From: Desulfobacterales bacterium
Lineage (GTDB): Bacteria; Desulfobacterota; Desulfobacteria; Desulfobacterales; UBA5616
NCBI GenBank assembly: GCA_046483495.1
Contig: JAWODC010000090.1
Span: 89,785 to 153,784 of the forward strand
Direction: 5' to 3'
DNA: 64,000 nucleotides
Within the stretch, counting starts at the first letter, position 1, and each line of letters begins with the position of its first letter. The position numbers and the translations under genes are program-made. The notes beneath the pieces are model-generated. The model had not been told where the DNA came from. It saw only the letters and a list, made by a program, of their open reading frames with translations, and did not search any database. Below are positions 18,990 to 29,469 of this stretch, one piece after another.

Positions 18990-21677
18990 ATGGGAATTCA
19001 CAACCTGGATAACGTTTTTCAACCCGAATCCGTTGCAGTGGTCGGCGCAACCGAAAAATCAAGAAGCGTGGGATCGGCGGTTATGCTGAATCTCATCAAC
19101 GGCGGCTACAAAGGGAGGATACATCCGGTCAACCCCCGCCACGCGACTATTTTCGGAAAACCCGCGTTTTCTTCGATAAGCGATTTGGACGAATCGCCGG
19201 ATCTTGTGGTTATCGCTACACCTATAACGTCCGTTCCTGAAATCATACGATCATGTGCGGCAAAAAAGGCAGGCGGCGCGATCATCATTTCCGCGGGGGG
19301 CAAGGAAACCGGGGAAACCGGCAGAGAACTCGAAGGCCGGATCAAACAGGAAGCCGAAGATTCCGGTCTGCGCCTCATCGGACCCAATTGTCTGGGCATA
19401 TATTCCTCCGCCTCTGCACTGAATGCCAGTTTTGCCGGCCACATACCGCAGGCGGGTGAAATGGCCTTCATTTCACAGAGCGGCGCTGTCTGCACAGCCG
19501 TACTGGATCTCGCGGTCAAGGAGCGCATGGGATTCAGTTATTTCGTCAGCCTGGGCTCCATGCTGGACGTGGATTTCGGTGATGTCATCGATTATATCGG
19601 TTCCGATCCGTCGGTGAGCAGCATTGTCATGTATATCGAAAACCTTTCCCGGATTCGAAATTTCATGAGTGCGGCGCGCGCCGTAAGCCGGGTCAAACCG
19701 ATCATTGCTTTGAAGGCCGGGCGCTCCCAGGCGGGTGCAAAAGCAGCCGCTTCGCATACGGGCGCCATGGCAGGTGAAGACGCCGTGTACGATGTGGCTT
19801 TAAGGCGTGCGGGCATCATTCGGGTAAAAACCTTCGAGGAATTGTTTGACTGTGCGGAAATTCTGTCCAAACAATCACGGATTAAAGGTCCGGAGCTGGG
19901 AATTATCACCAATGCGGGTGGGCCCGGCGTCATGGCGGCGGATGCGCTTTCCGATTACGGCATAGAGCCCCCCCGGTTAAGCGACGAAACCATAGACAAG
20001 CTGAACCGGGTACTCCCGGAGCACTGGAGTCGCGCCAATCCTATCGATATCCTTGGAGATGCGCCGCCTCAACGGTACCGGGATACGGTTGACATTTGCC
20101 TGAAAGCGCCGGAAATCAGCGGATTGTTGGTGATGCTGGCTCCGCAGGCATTGACAGACCCCACGGAGGTTGCCGACAGCCTGTCCAAAACCCTTGTAAA
20201 CGCCCGATTCCCCGTGTTTACAAGCTGGTTGGGTCAGACGGATGTGGAAAAGGGGCGTCAGATATTCAACGATGCCGGTATTCCCACATTCAATTCCCCG
20301 GAACGGGCTATTCGGGCATTCGTTGACATGGTAAACTACGCCAGAAATATCGACATGCTGCAGGAGATTCCGTCCAATTTCCCGAAAAAGCTTTCCTTTG
20401 ACAACGCCGCCGCAAACCGAATCATTACAGATGCGCTCACCAGCCGTATGGTAAATTTGACGGAAGTCGAATCCAAAAACGTGCTGGCGGCATACGGAAT
20501 CCCGACAATCCCCACCAGGATAGCCCAGACCGAAAAAGAGGCGGTTCAATCGGCGGCCGAAACGGGCTTCCCGGTGGCATTGAAAATTTACTCCAGGGAC
20601 ATCAGCCACAAAACCGAGGCAGACGGTGTGGCGCTGAACCTGAACACCGAGAGCGAAGTGAAATCGGCATTTCACCAAGTGGTGGAAAAGGCCGCCGCCG
20701 CATTCCCGAAGGCGGATATTTCGGGGGTTACCATTTCTCCCATGGTCGCATCTTCGGGATATGAACTGATCCTGGGTGCAAAAATGGACCCGGATTTCGG
20801 GCCCGTTATTTTGTTCGGGTTGGGGGGCATTTATACCGAAATCATCAAAGACAAGGCTCTTGCGCTTCCTCCCCTAAACCGCTTGCTGGCCAGACGCCTG
20901 ATCGAGGGCACGAAAATCTACCGGCTTTTGAAAGGCTACCGGAACAAGCCGCCCGTTGATCTGATGCGGCTGGAGGAAATCATTCTTCGCCTGTCGCACC
21001 TGGTCGTTGACTTTTCTGAAATTGCCGAACTCGACATCAATCCATTGATCATCGACGAGAAGAATGCCTGGGCCGTAGACGCCCGAATCGTCCTTGCCGG
21101 GCGTACACCCTCCTCTCCCATGCACCTGGTGATAAGCCCCTACCCCGCCCAATATGAAGCACATTGCCGAACCGGCGGCGGTATCGACATATTTATCAGG
21201 CCCATTCGGCCGGAGGATGCGCCTCTTTTGTCGGAACTGTTTCAAACACTCTCGCAGCAAACCATTTACTTCCGTTTTTTCAGCCCCTTAAAAACGTTGC
21301 CCCACAGCATGCTGGCACGGTTCACGCAGGTGGATTACGACCGGGAAATTGCACTGGTGGCGCTTTCCGAGACGAGCGAAACGGAAAAGCTCCTGGGAGC
21401 GGCAAGAGTGATCAACGCCCCCGACCAGGAAAACGCGGAGTTTTCCATCCTGGTGGGAGACCGGTGGCACGGAAAGGGTATCGGGGCCGAACTTCTCAAG
21501 CGGTGCCTGGAAATCGCAAAGGCGCGCGGACTCCAATCCGTTCACGGTGTGGTCCTGTCCGAGAATACGCAAATGCTGGAACTTGGCAGAAAATTGGGGT
21601 TTGAAAAAAAACGGGGTGCCGATCCCAGGGAGATCGAACTGACCATACAGCTTAGTGAGAACAACCCGACCGAATAG
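18990..21677 (+). CDS. Acetate--CoA ligase family protein / GNAT N-acetyltransferase fusion (Pat-like)
   Basis: CoA-binding GPNCLG, SQSGA, SHTGAMAG, ATP-grasp SHKTE and FGPVILFG, and a C-terminal GNAT domain (IRPIRPED, WHGKGIG). Confidence 0.92.
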   Translation: MGIHNLDNVFQPESVAVVGATEKSRSVGSAVMLNLINGGYKGRIHPVNPRHATIFGKPAFSSISDLDESPDLVVIATPITSVPEIIRSCAAKKAGGAIIISAGGKETGETGRELEGRIKQEAEDSGLRLIGPNCLGIYSSASALNASFAGHIPQAGEMAFISQSGAVCTAVLDLAVKERMGFSYFVSLGSMLDVDFGDVIDYIGSDPSVSSIVMYIENLSRIRNFMSAARAVSRVKPIIALKAGRSQAGAKAAASHTGAMAGEDAVYDVALRRAGIIRVKTFEELFDCAEILSKQSRIKGPELGIITNAGGPGVMAADALSDYGIEPPRLSDETIDKLNRVLPEHWSRANPIDILGDAPPQRYRDTVDICLKAPEISGLLVMLAPQALTDPTEVADSLSKTLVNARFPVFTSWLGQTDVEKGRQIFNDAGIPTFNSPERAIRAFVDMVNYARNIDMLQEIPSNFPKKLSFDNAAANRIITDALTSRMVNLTEVESKNVLAAYGIPTIPTRIAQTEKEAVQSAAETGFPVALKIYSRDISHKTEADGVALNLNTESEVKSAFHQVVEKAAAAFPKADISGVTISPMVASSGYELILGAKMDPDFGPVILFGLGGIYTEIIKDKALALPPLNRLLARRLIEGTKIYRLLKGYRNKPPVDLMRLEEIILRLSHLVVDFSEIAELDINPLIIDEKNAWAVDARIVLAGRTPSSPMHLVISPYPAQYEAHCRTGGGIDIFIRPIRPEDAPLLSELFQTLSQQTIYFRFFSPLKTLPHSMLARFTQVDYDREIALVALSETSETEKLLGAARVINAPDQENAEFSILVGDRWHGKGIGAELLKRCLEIAKARGLQSVHGVVLSENTQMLELGRKLGFEKKRGADPREIELTIQLSENNPTE

Positions 21678-21703
21678 CAATCCAACCGGGCAATATACGG
21701 CAT

Positions 21704-22150
21704 CTAAACGTCTTCTGTAAACACTTTGCTGGGATAACGGATCAGCTCTTTTATTTTAGCCCTGCGGATTTTCTCATCGTGAGCAAACTTCTTTTCGAAT
21801 GCGGCGGCGATTTTCTCCAGCAGGTCTTCGAATGGGATGGGCTTCAACAGGTAATCGAAGGCCCCCAACCGCATTCCTTCAATGCTGGTTTCCACCGATG
21901 CGTGACCGGTCAGCAGGAGAACTTCAATCGTTGGCCGGCGCTTTTTGATCGCTCGCAATGTTTCGATGCCATCCATGCCCCCCGGCATACGAATGTCGAG
22001 CACCACCACATCGAACAGCTGCTTTTCAAGAATCTCGAGCGCGGCTTCCCCGCTTCGGATGCCGACCGCATCGAGCTTTCTTTTCCGGAGCCGATCGACA
22101 ATGGTATCGAGGAAGTCGGCTTCGTCATCCACCACAAGGATTCTGAACAT
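21704..22150 (-). CDS. Single-domain response regulator
   Basis: ILVVDDE, VLDIRMP and GAFDYLLKP. The ORF-track extension to 22192 runs into a repeat, so ATG 22150 is preferred. Confidence 0.9.
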   Translation of the reverse strand: MFRILVVDDEADFLDTIVDRLRKRKLDAVGIRSGEAALEILEKQLFDVVVLDIRMPGGMDGIETLRAIKKRRPTIEVLLLTGHASVETSIEGMRLGAFDYLLKPIPFEDLLEKIAAAFEKKFAHDEKIRRAKIKELIRYPSKVFTEDV

Positions 22151-22185
22151 GTTACGCGATCCCGTTTCAATTGCCGTTACACCGC

Positions 22186-22220
22186 TGTCCATCCGGAAAT
22201 GAGAAAATTCACTTCAGTTC
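22186..22220 (+). repeat. Truncated copy of the MITE-like element left end
   Basis: TGTCCATCCGGAAATGAGAAAATTCACTTCAGTTC matches the start of the 22229 element and the 23262-23312 copy. Confidence 0.8.
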
Positions 22221-22228
22221 TCACTATA

Positions 22229-22377
22229 CTGGTGTCCATCCGGAAATGAGATAATTCGATTCCGTTCAAGGCAGCCGGGAAATTTTAACCGCAGGAATAC
22301 ATTGAGTGTTTTGAGGATTAAAATTACCCGGCCAACGCCGAAATGGAGCGAATCAGCCATTTCTGGATGGGCACTAG
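22229..22377. mobile_element. MITE-like palindromic element, about 149 bp
   Basis: Terminal inverted repeats CTGGTGTCCATCCGGAAATG and CATTTCTGGATGGGCACTAG match at 17/20, with all mismatches G-U compatible. There is an inner palindrome (CCGGGAAATTTTAA...TTAAAATTACCCGG) and partial copies elsewhere in the window. Confidence 0.75.
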
Positions 22378-22679
22378 ACTACGATAAAGTTGTTGCTCGT
22401 TCCAAACGAGTTGGTGCAAACCAACGAATTTTCGGCATCATTTGCCCATCGACCGTCCACCGTGAATTTGTATTCATAGGTGCCGGGATACAGCAGCAGG
22501 TACTTTTCCCAGCGGCCCTCGGTATTTTTTTTCATCGGGTGTTTTCGATCGTTCCACTCATTGAAATCACCCACAAGGCATACCGCCCGTGCATCGGGAA
22601 AATTTGCACAAAAAACAACCTTCTTTCGTTTCTGATTCGTATCCGCCGCCTTTTTCTTTACCGCTTTTTTGCCTTTCAT
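22374..22679 (-). CDS. Stand-alone glycogen-binding domain protein (CBM48/AMPK-beta-like) with Lys-rich N-terminus
   Basis: VCLVGDFNEW, PGTYEYKFTVDGRW and NSFGTSNN; GGAGG RBS. Confidence 0.85.
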   Translation of the reverse strand: MKGKKAVKKKAADTNQKRKKVVFCANFPDARAVCLVGDFNEWNDRKHPMKKNTEGRWEKYLLLYPGTYEYKFTVDGRWANDAENSLVCTNSFGTSNNFIVV

Positions 22680-22806
22680 TTACACCTCCGGTACATTAAA
22701 ACAATTGTCTGTCTCGAGATAGCTGCCGAAACCGAATACCACGGCATTTTAATCATTTTTAAGGGCGTTATCAATTCATTTTTTCAGTCCGGTTTAAAGA
22801 ATATCC

Positions 22807-23260
22807 TCAACGATGTTTATAGGACTCTTTTTTAAGGTCCAACCGTTTCATTTTGTCATACAGACCTCTGGGATGAATGCCTGCCGGCCGTGCCGCCTGT
22901 GCCACCCGGCCTTTGGTTTTCGTCAGCACCATATCATGGTACGTTCTTTCAACCTGTTCGATCACCGTCTCTTTTACTTCGTGCAGGGTTTTCCCGAGCC
23001 AGCTTTCGGGAAAACCGTCACCAAGGGGGTTCATGATTTTTGTGAAACGTATGGGGAAGATCATTTAACGTGATCTCATGGGACTCTCACGGAATCATCG
23101 CCCTTTCGATGACATTCATCAACTCGCGCACATTTCCGGACCACTCATGTCGACACAGCGCCTCACCGCCTCCCGGCTCATTCGGGTGACTTCACGGCCG
23201 ATTTTTTGACGAAAATCGCTTACGAAACGACGAGCCAGGCCCGGAATATCCTCCCCGTGA
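22807..23260 (-). pseudogene. Degraded sigma54-dependent (NtrC/Fis-type) transcriptional activator
   Basis: Across frameshifts the translation reads EDIPGLARRFV... / EALCRHEWSGNVRELMNVIERAMIP*... / LTKTKGRVAQAARPAGIHPRGLYDKMKRL. This is the AAA+ C-terminal motif plus a Fis HTH, with an in-frame stop and no N-terminus. Confidence 0.85.
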
Positions 23261-23261
23261 T

Positions 23262-23312
23262 TACCGGCCGCCTTGAACTGAATCGAATTTTCTCATTTCT
23301 GGGTGGGCACTA
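23262..23312 (-). mobile_element. Partial copy (left end) of the same MITE-like element, inverted
   Basis: Reverse complement TAGTGCCCACCCAGAAATGAGAAAATTCGATTCAGTTCAAGGCGGCCGGTA aligns with 22230-22280. Confidence 0.8.
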
Positions 23313-23568
23313 CTTAATTTGTAAATTCGGGAGGTTGAACCCCGTTTGATCGGACAGCGCTTATTTGGAAAAAACCCGCTTTTTTTAACAGAAAATCATG
23401 AAAAAAATGAGCAGTGCACCTTGACTTCAATCATTTTGAGATTATCTTTCAAAATCATCCTGAATGCCTCTCCTTACCGGGGAGCTGATTTTCATTTACC
23501 TATTCAAAAAAAGAACCTGATGCGATGACTAAAAACACACCATTTTTATCCGAAGGAGGCGAATTGAG

Positions 23569-23856
23569 ATGAAAATCAGACCACTGAATGATCGTGTACT
23601 GGTGTTAAGAGTAAAAGAAGAAGAAAAAACCGCCGGGGGAATTATCATACCGGATACGGCCAAAGAAAAACCCCAGGAGGGTGAGATTGTCGCGGTGGGT
23701 CCGGGAAAATTGAATAAAGAAGGCACCCGGGTACCTCCTGAAGTGAAAAAAGGAGATCGGGTACTCTTTGCGCGATATGCCGGAACAGAGATCAAGATAG
23801 AGGGTGTCGAGCATCTCATGATGCGGGAGGACGATATCTTAGGCATCACCTCCTGA
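23569..23856 (+). CDS. groES: Co-chaperonin GroES
   Basis: [35 protein letters not shown]. Confidence 0.97.
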   Translation: MKIRPLNDRVLVLRVKEEEKTAGGIIIPDTAKEKPQEGEIVAVGPGKLNKEGTRVPPEVKKGDRVLFARYAGTEIKIEGVEHLMMREDDILGITS

Positions 23857-23926
23857 ACAAACGATTATTAAAACCGGACATCCTGACAATCTCCTCACTT
23901 CCGGACCTGACCGCCCTCGCTTATAA

Positions 23927-25621
<1,695 letters not shown>

Positions 25622-25666
25622 ATTTTGAAAAAAACAGATGTATAAATAAACGAAAAATCCAAACCG

Positions 25667-25701
25667 AAGGCGCAGGATGACGTAAAGCCATCCTGCGCCT
25701 T
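25667..25701. terminator. Hairpin after groEL (putative terminator)
   Basis: AAGGCGCAGGATG ... CATCCTGCGCCTT forms a 13-bp perfect stem; the U-tract is weak. Confidence 0.55.
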
Positions 25702-25777
25702 GCGCAATCAACTACCCGAAACCGCCGCCTGAATGAAATGTAACGGCATGTTCAGTGACGGTCAAATGGAGTTTTAA

Positions 25778-26140
25778 ATGAAAGAAAAAGACATCCGGTT
25801 TTTTAAAGATCTGCTTACCGGGCAATTGGAGGAATTGGTCAAGGGGGCCGGGATTGCCGTTTCCGGGATCAAAGAAAGCGGTAATCAGTTTATCGATCCG
25901 CTGGACAGGGCCTCTTTTGATGAAGAGCAGACCATGCACCTTCGCATCAAAAGCCGGGAAAGCAATTTGATCCGCAAGATAAAAGCTTCCCTGGAACGCA
26001 TCGAAGAGGGCACATACGGCATTTGCGAATCCTGCGGCAAAGAAATCCCGCTCAAACGGATGATGGTCAGACCGGTGACCAACAAGTGCATCGAATGCAA
26101 GATCAAGGAAGAATCGTATGAAAAAGTCGCAGGAATCTAG
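25778..26140 (+). CDS. dksA: RNA polymerase-binding protein DksA
   Basis: DPLDRA coiled-coil tip and a C4 zinc finger (YGICESC...CIEC). Confidence 0.9.
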   Translation: MKEKDIRFFKDLLTGQLEELVKGAGIAVSGIKESGNQFIDPLDRASFDEEQTMHLRIKSRESNLIRKIKASLERIEEGTYGICESCGKEIPLKRMMVRPVTNKCIECKIKEESYEKVAGI

Positions 26141-26198
26141 ATCCGGTGAGCTCTTTCGTTGAGCGTATGGACCGATGTAGGTACCTGATGCTGTTGGA

Positions 26199-26978
26199 TT
26201 AAAACCGTGTCGCAGGCGGCATGTCCGCCGGTTTGTTTCGGCGGCTCGATGCCCCGCCCGTGGTATGCGGTTTCGATTCGACGATTCGCATGATCACCTG
26301 CCTTTCTTTTTCATTCAAAAACCGCCAGTCTCCCGGCTTGAGCTTGCCGAGTTTCAGATCCGATATCCGAATTCGTTTCAGGTCGATCACACGGTTACCC
26401 ATTTTTTCCATCATTCTCCGGATTTGCCGGTTTTTTCCTTCCTTTAAAACGATTCGAAAACGCGTTGCGGATATCCGGCGGACCTTTGCGGGACGGGTTT
26501 TGCCCTCCGGAAGAAGAATTCCTTTTTCAAGGCTCTTTATGGCTCCATCCATTAGGGGCTGTTCGACAGCAACTTCGTATTCCTTTTCGTGGTCAAAAGA
26601 AGGATGCGACAGGCGATGGTGGAGTCTGCCGTCGTTGGTAAGAAGCAGCAGTCCGGAGGATTCCTTGTCCAGCCTGCCGACGGGGTATACCCGCTCCGCT
26701 ACGTCGATGAGGTCCAGAACGGTTTTGTCTTTGGGTTGGCGACAGCTGGTCACCACTCCCCGCGGCTTGTTCATCGCGATGTAGGTCAATTGTTGATCGA
26801 GAGATATGCGCTTCCCATCGACGGCGACGCGGTCTTTTTCAGGGTCCACTTTGTCCCCCAGTTTCCGCGGTTCGCCGTTTACCGTGACCCTGCCGTCGGC
26901 GATCAGCTCTTCACCCCGGCGCCGAGAACAAAAACCCGAGGCGGAAAGGAATTTTTGAAGCCGCATCGAATTTCCCAT
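26199..26978 (-). CDS. rRNA pseudouridine synthase (RsuA/RluB/RluF family)
   Basis: S4 domain RLQKFLS..SRR, GRLDKESSGLLLLTNDG and EGKNRQIRRM; TGATG overlap with the argJ stop. Confidence 0.92.
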   Translation of the reverse strand: MGNSMRLQKFLSASGFCSRRRGEELIADGRVTVNGEPRKLGDKVDPEKDRVAVDGKRISLDQQLTYIAMNKPRGVVTSCRQPKDKTVLDLIDVAERVYPVGRLDKESSGLLLLTNDGRLHHRLSHPSFDHEKEYEVAVEQPLMDGAIKSLEKGILLPEGKTRPAKVRRISATRFRIVLKEGKNRQIRRMMEKMGNRVIDLKRIRISDLKLGKLKPGDWRFLNEKERQVIMRIVESKPHTTGGASSRRNKPADMPPATRF

Positions 26979-28171
26979 CACGAACGATAATCCGCATTTA
27001 TTTTGACATAATCAATGGAAAAATCGCAGGTGATCATCCGGTCGCTGCCATGACCCAAATTTAAATCCACGGTCACCCTGAATTCGGGCTTTTTCAGCAC
27101 TTCTGTGGCTTGTGTTTCCGCTTCATCGCCGCAGCCGGCACTGTTCTTCACCATCATCACATTATCGAAATAAATGTCGATTCTATTCGCATCGATTTCA
27201 ACCCCGGATCTTCCGACAGCACAAATGATTCTACCCCAGTTGGCGTCTTCGCCGAAAAACGCGGTTTTCACGAGATTTGAACCCGCTATTGTTTTGGCAA
27301 CCGCCAGTGCATCGCGATCGGAAACGGCCCCTTTTACGACAATGTCCACCAGCTTTCCGGCTCCTTCACCGTCTTTTACCAGCATCCTGGCAAGCCGAAG
27401 ACACATGTCGTTCAATAACCCCTGAAAATAATTCAGGCTCTCCGGCGTATCGATGACAACCCCGGAGGCGCCGTTTGCCAGGATCAGCGCCGTATCATTC
27501 GTGCTGGTATCACCGTCCACGGTAATCCGGTTAAACGAAAATGCAGCGGCCGAGACCAGTGCGTTGTGCAGGTCGGACGAAGCGATACGGGCATCCGTGC
27601 ACAGAAATGCCAGCATGGTGGCCATTTCAGGGTGTATCATTCCAACCCCCTTTGCCGCACCGATGAGGGAAAAATGCCGGCCGTCGATCGTTCCCTTTAT
27701 TTCATGCAGTTTCGGAATCGTGTCCGTCGTCATAATGGCACGGACAAAATCACCCCATCCGTCCGGCTTCAGAGACGCCGCCAAGTCAGGAACGGAGGCC
27801 TGAATTTTTTCGATGGGCAAGGGCTTTCCGATAACGCCGGTTGAAGCAACCAGCACATGGCCCTCGGAAACACCGAGTGCATCAGCGGCATATCGCGCCA
27901 TTTGCTTTGCATGAACCAGACCGTCTTCTCCGGTGCAGCAATTGGCATTTCCGCTGTTTACGATAACCGCTCTGCATGTGCACGACCGAATACGCTCAAG
28001 GTCGAGCATTACCGGTGCCGCCTTCACGCGGTTGGTCGTAAACAAACCGGCAACAGCCGCAGGAGATTCGGACGCGATAAGGCCCAGGTCCAGGACGGCC
28101 TTTTTTTTTATGCCGGCGGCAACGCCTCCTGCAGTAAAGCCTTTGCATGTTAAATGATCGCTCATGTTCAT
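26978..28171 (-). CDS. argJ: Ornithine acetyltransferase / N-acetylglutamate synthase
   Basis: NSGNAN, STGVIG, IMTTD, KGVGMIHPEMATML, DTSTND, DGEG and INADYRS. Confidence 0.96.
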   Translation of the reverse strand: MNMSDHLTCKGFTAGGVAAGIKKKAVLDLGLIASESPAAVAGLFTTNRVKAAPVMLDLERIRSCTCRAVIVNSGNANCCTGEDGLVHAKQMARYAADALGVSEGHVLVASTGVIGKPLPIEKIQASVPDLAASLKPDGWGDFVRAIMTTDTIPKLHEIKGTIDGRHFSLIGAAKGVGMIHPEMATMLAFLCTDARIASSDLHNALVSAAAFSFNRITVDGDTSTNDTALILANGASGVVIDTPESLNYFQGLLNDMCLRLARMLVKDGEGAGKLVDIVVKGAVSDRDALAVAKTIAGSNLVKTAFFGEDANWGRIICAVGRSGVEIDANRIDIYFDNVMMVKNSAGCGDEAETQATEVLKKPEFRVTVDLNLGHGSDRMITCDFSIDYVKINADYRS

Positions 28172-28336
28172 CCGTTTTCGTTGGTAGTTATGCGCCGAAC
28201 ATCCTATTCTTTAACACATATGACGTAAATGGACCAGTGGTTTATACCTCAAGAAGCACCGGCAAAAGGGATATGCATCGGTCAATCGATTGAACGGAAA
28301 AACGTTGACATCGCCTGATGTTTAACAGAAAATTAT

Positions 28337-28362
28337 TAGAAGTGGTTTCAAAACCACTTCTA
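28337..28362. promoter_or_regulatory. Perfect palindrome in the argJ/rubredoxin divergent region (operator or 5' hairpin)
   Basis: TAGAAGTGGTTT-CA-AAACCACTTCTA lies just downstream of TTGACA (28305)-N17-GAAAAT. Confidence 0.5.
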
Positions 28363-28395
28363 TTCAATACAACCCAATGGATCGGGAGAGTGCCA

Positions 28396-28605
28396 ATGGC
28401 AAAACCCCATGAAATATACCAGTGCCAAACGGCGAATTGCGGATGCATGTTCAACCCGGACAAAGGGGATCGAAAAGGCAAAATCCCCAAGAATACCCCG
28501 TTCGAAAATTTGCCGGATGACTGGAAGTGTCCTGTTTGCGGCGCCTCGAAGAAAGCATTCAGGCCGCTCGCAGGACCCGGGTCATCGGTTGAGTCGTCTT
28601 GTTGA
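28396..28605 (+). CDS. Rubredoxin
   Basis: YQCQTANCG...FENLPDDWKCPVCGA; GGGAG RBS before ATG 28396. Confidence 0.9.
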   Translation: MAKPHEIYQCQTANCGCMFNPDKGDRKGKIPKNTPFENLPDDWKCPVCGASKKAFRPLAGPGSSVESSC

Positions 28606-28692
28606 CCGTAATCACCAATTACTATAACCGGTTTCAAATTCCGCCGGTTCTAAACGGGCTGTCTCGGTTCTTCTACCCATAACGGTATTTGA

Positions 28693-29430
28693 ATGGTTCG
28701 CAATTTCAAATTGACAATTGAATACGACGGCGGCGCATATCATGGATGGCAACGCCAAAGCGATAAAGCTTCCATACAGGATGAGATCGAAAGAGCGCTT
28801 GCCGCCATGACGGGCCGAAACGTTGTCCTGAACGGTTCCGGCAGAACGGACGCAGGGGTTCATGCATTGGGGCAGACCGCCAATTTTCGCTGTGATACCG
28901 AGTTGACCCCCGACATATTTGCAAAGGGTCTGAACAGCCTTTTGCCGAACGATATCGTCGTCACATCGTGCTGTTATGCGGATAACGATTTCCATGCCCG
29001 GTACGATGTTAAAAGCAAACGGTACTGCTATTGCATTCTGAACCGACCCATCCGCTCGGCGATCGGCCGGGGGCACGCATGGCACATACGCAAAAAACTC
29101 GATATCGACGGCATGCAGAAAGCCGCACGGCACCTTGTCGGCACCCATGACTTCAAGTCATTCCAGGCGCAGGGAAGCGGAATCGAAAATACGAACCGCC
29201 ACATCATGGACCTGCAGATTCTCCGCAAAAACGATAGGATCACCATTGAAATTCAGGCCGACGGATTTCTGAGGTTCATGGTCCGCACCATCGTCGGAAC
29301 CCTGGTGAATGTCGGCCAGGGCAAATTGTCGCCGGATGACGTCAAAGACATTTTGACTTCCAAAGACCGTTCCCGTGCCGGCGCAACCGCCCCGCCGCAT
29401 GGGCTCTTTCTCATCAGCGTGAACTATTGA
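28693..29430 (+). CDS. truA: tRNA pseudouridine(38-40) synthase
   Basis: YDGGAYHGWQ, SGRTDAGVHA, GFLRFMVR and APPHGL. Confidence 0.96.
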   Translation: MVRNFKLTIEYDGGAYHGWQRQSDKASIQDEIERALAAMTGRNVVLNGSGRTDAGVHALGQTANFRCDTELTPDIFAKGLNSLLPNDIVVTSCCYADNDFHARYDVKSKRYCYCILNRPIRSAIGRGHAWHIRKKLDIDGMQKAARHLVGTHDFKSFQAQGSGIENTNRHIMDLQILRKNDRITIEIQADGFLRFMVRTIVGTLVNVGQGKLSPDDVKDILTSKDRSRAGATAPPHGLFLISVNY

Positions 29431-29469
29431 GGATGAACACGGGGAACCGATTCGGTTTTGAAGGCTGAT

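Noticed and set aside
22302..22835. 177-aa plus-strand ORF
   Set aside because: It starts inside the MITE and is antisense to the CBM48 gene.
28597..28611. Rubredoxin C-terminal Cys-Sec-Pro (TGT TGA CCG TAA)
   Set aside because: The tail is not a conserved rubredoxin position and no convincing SECIS follows, so the TGA is treated as a stop.
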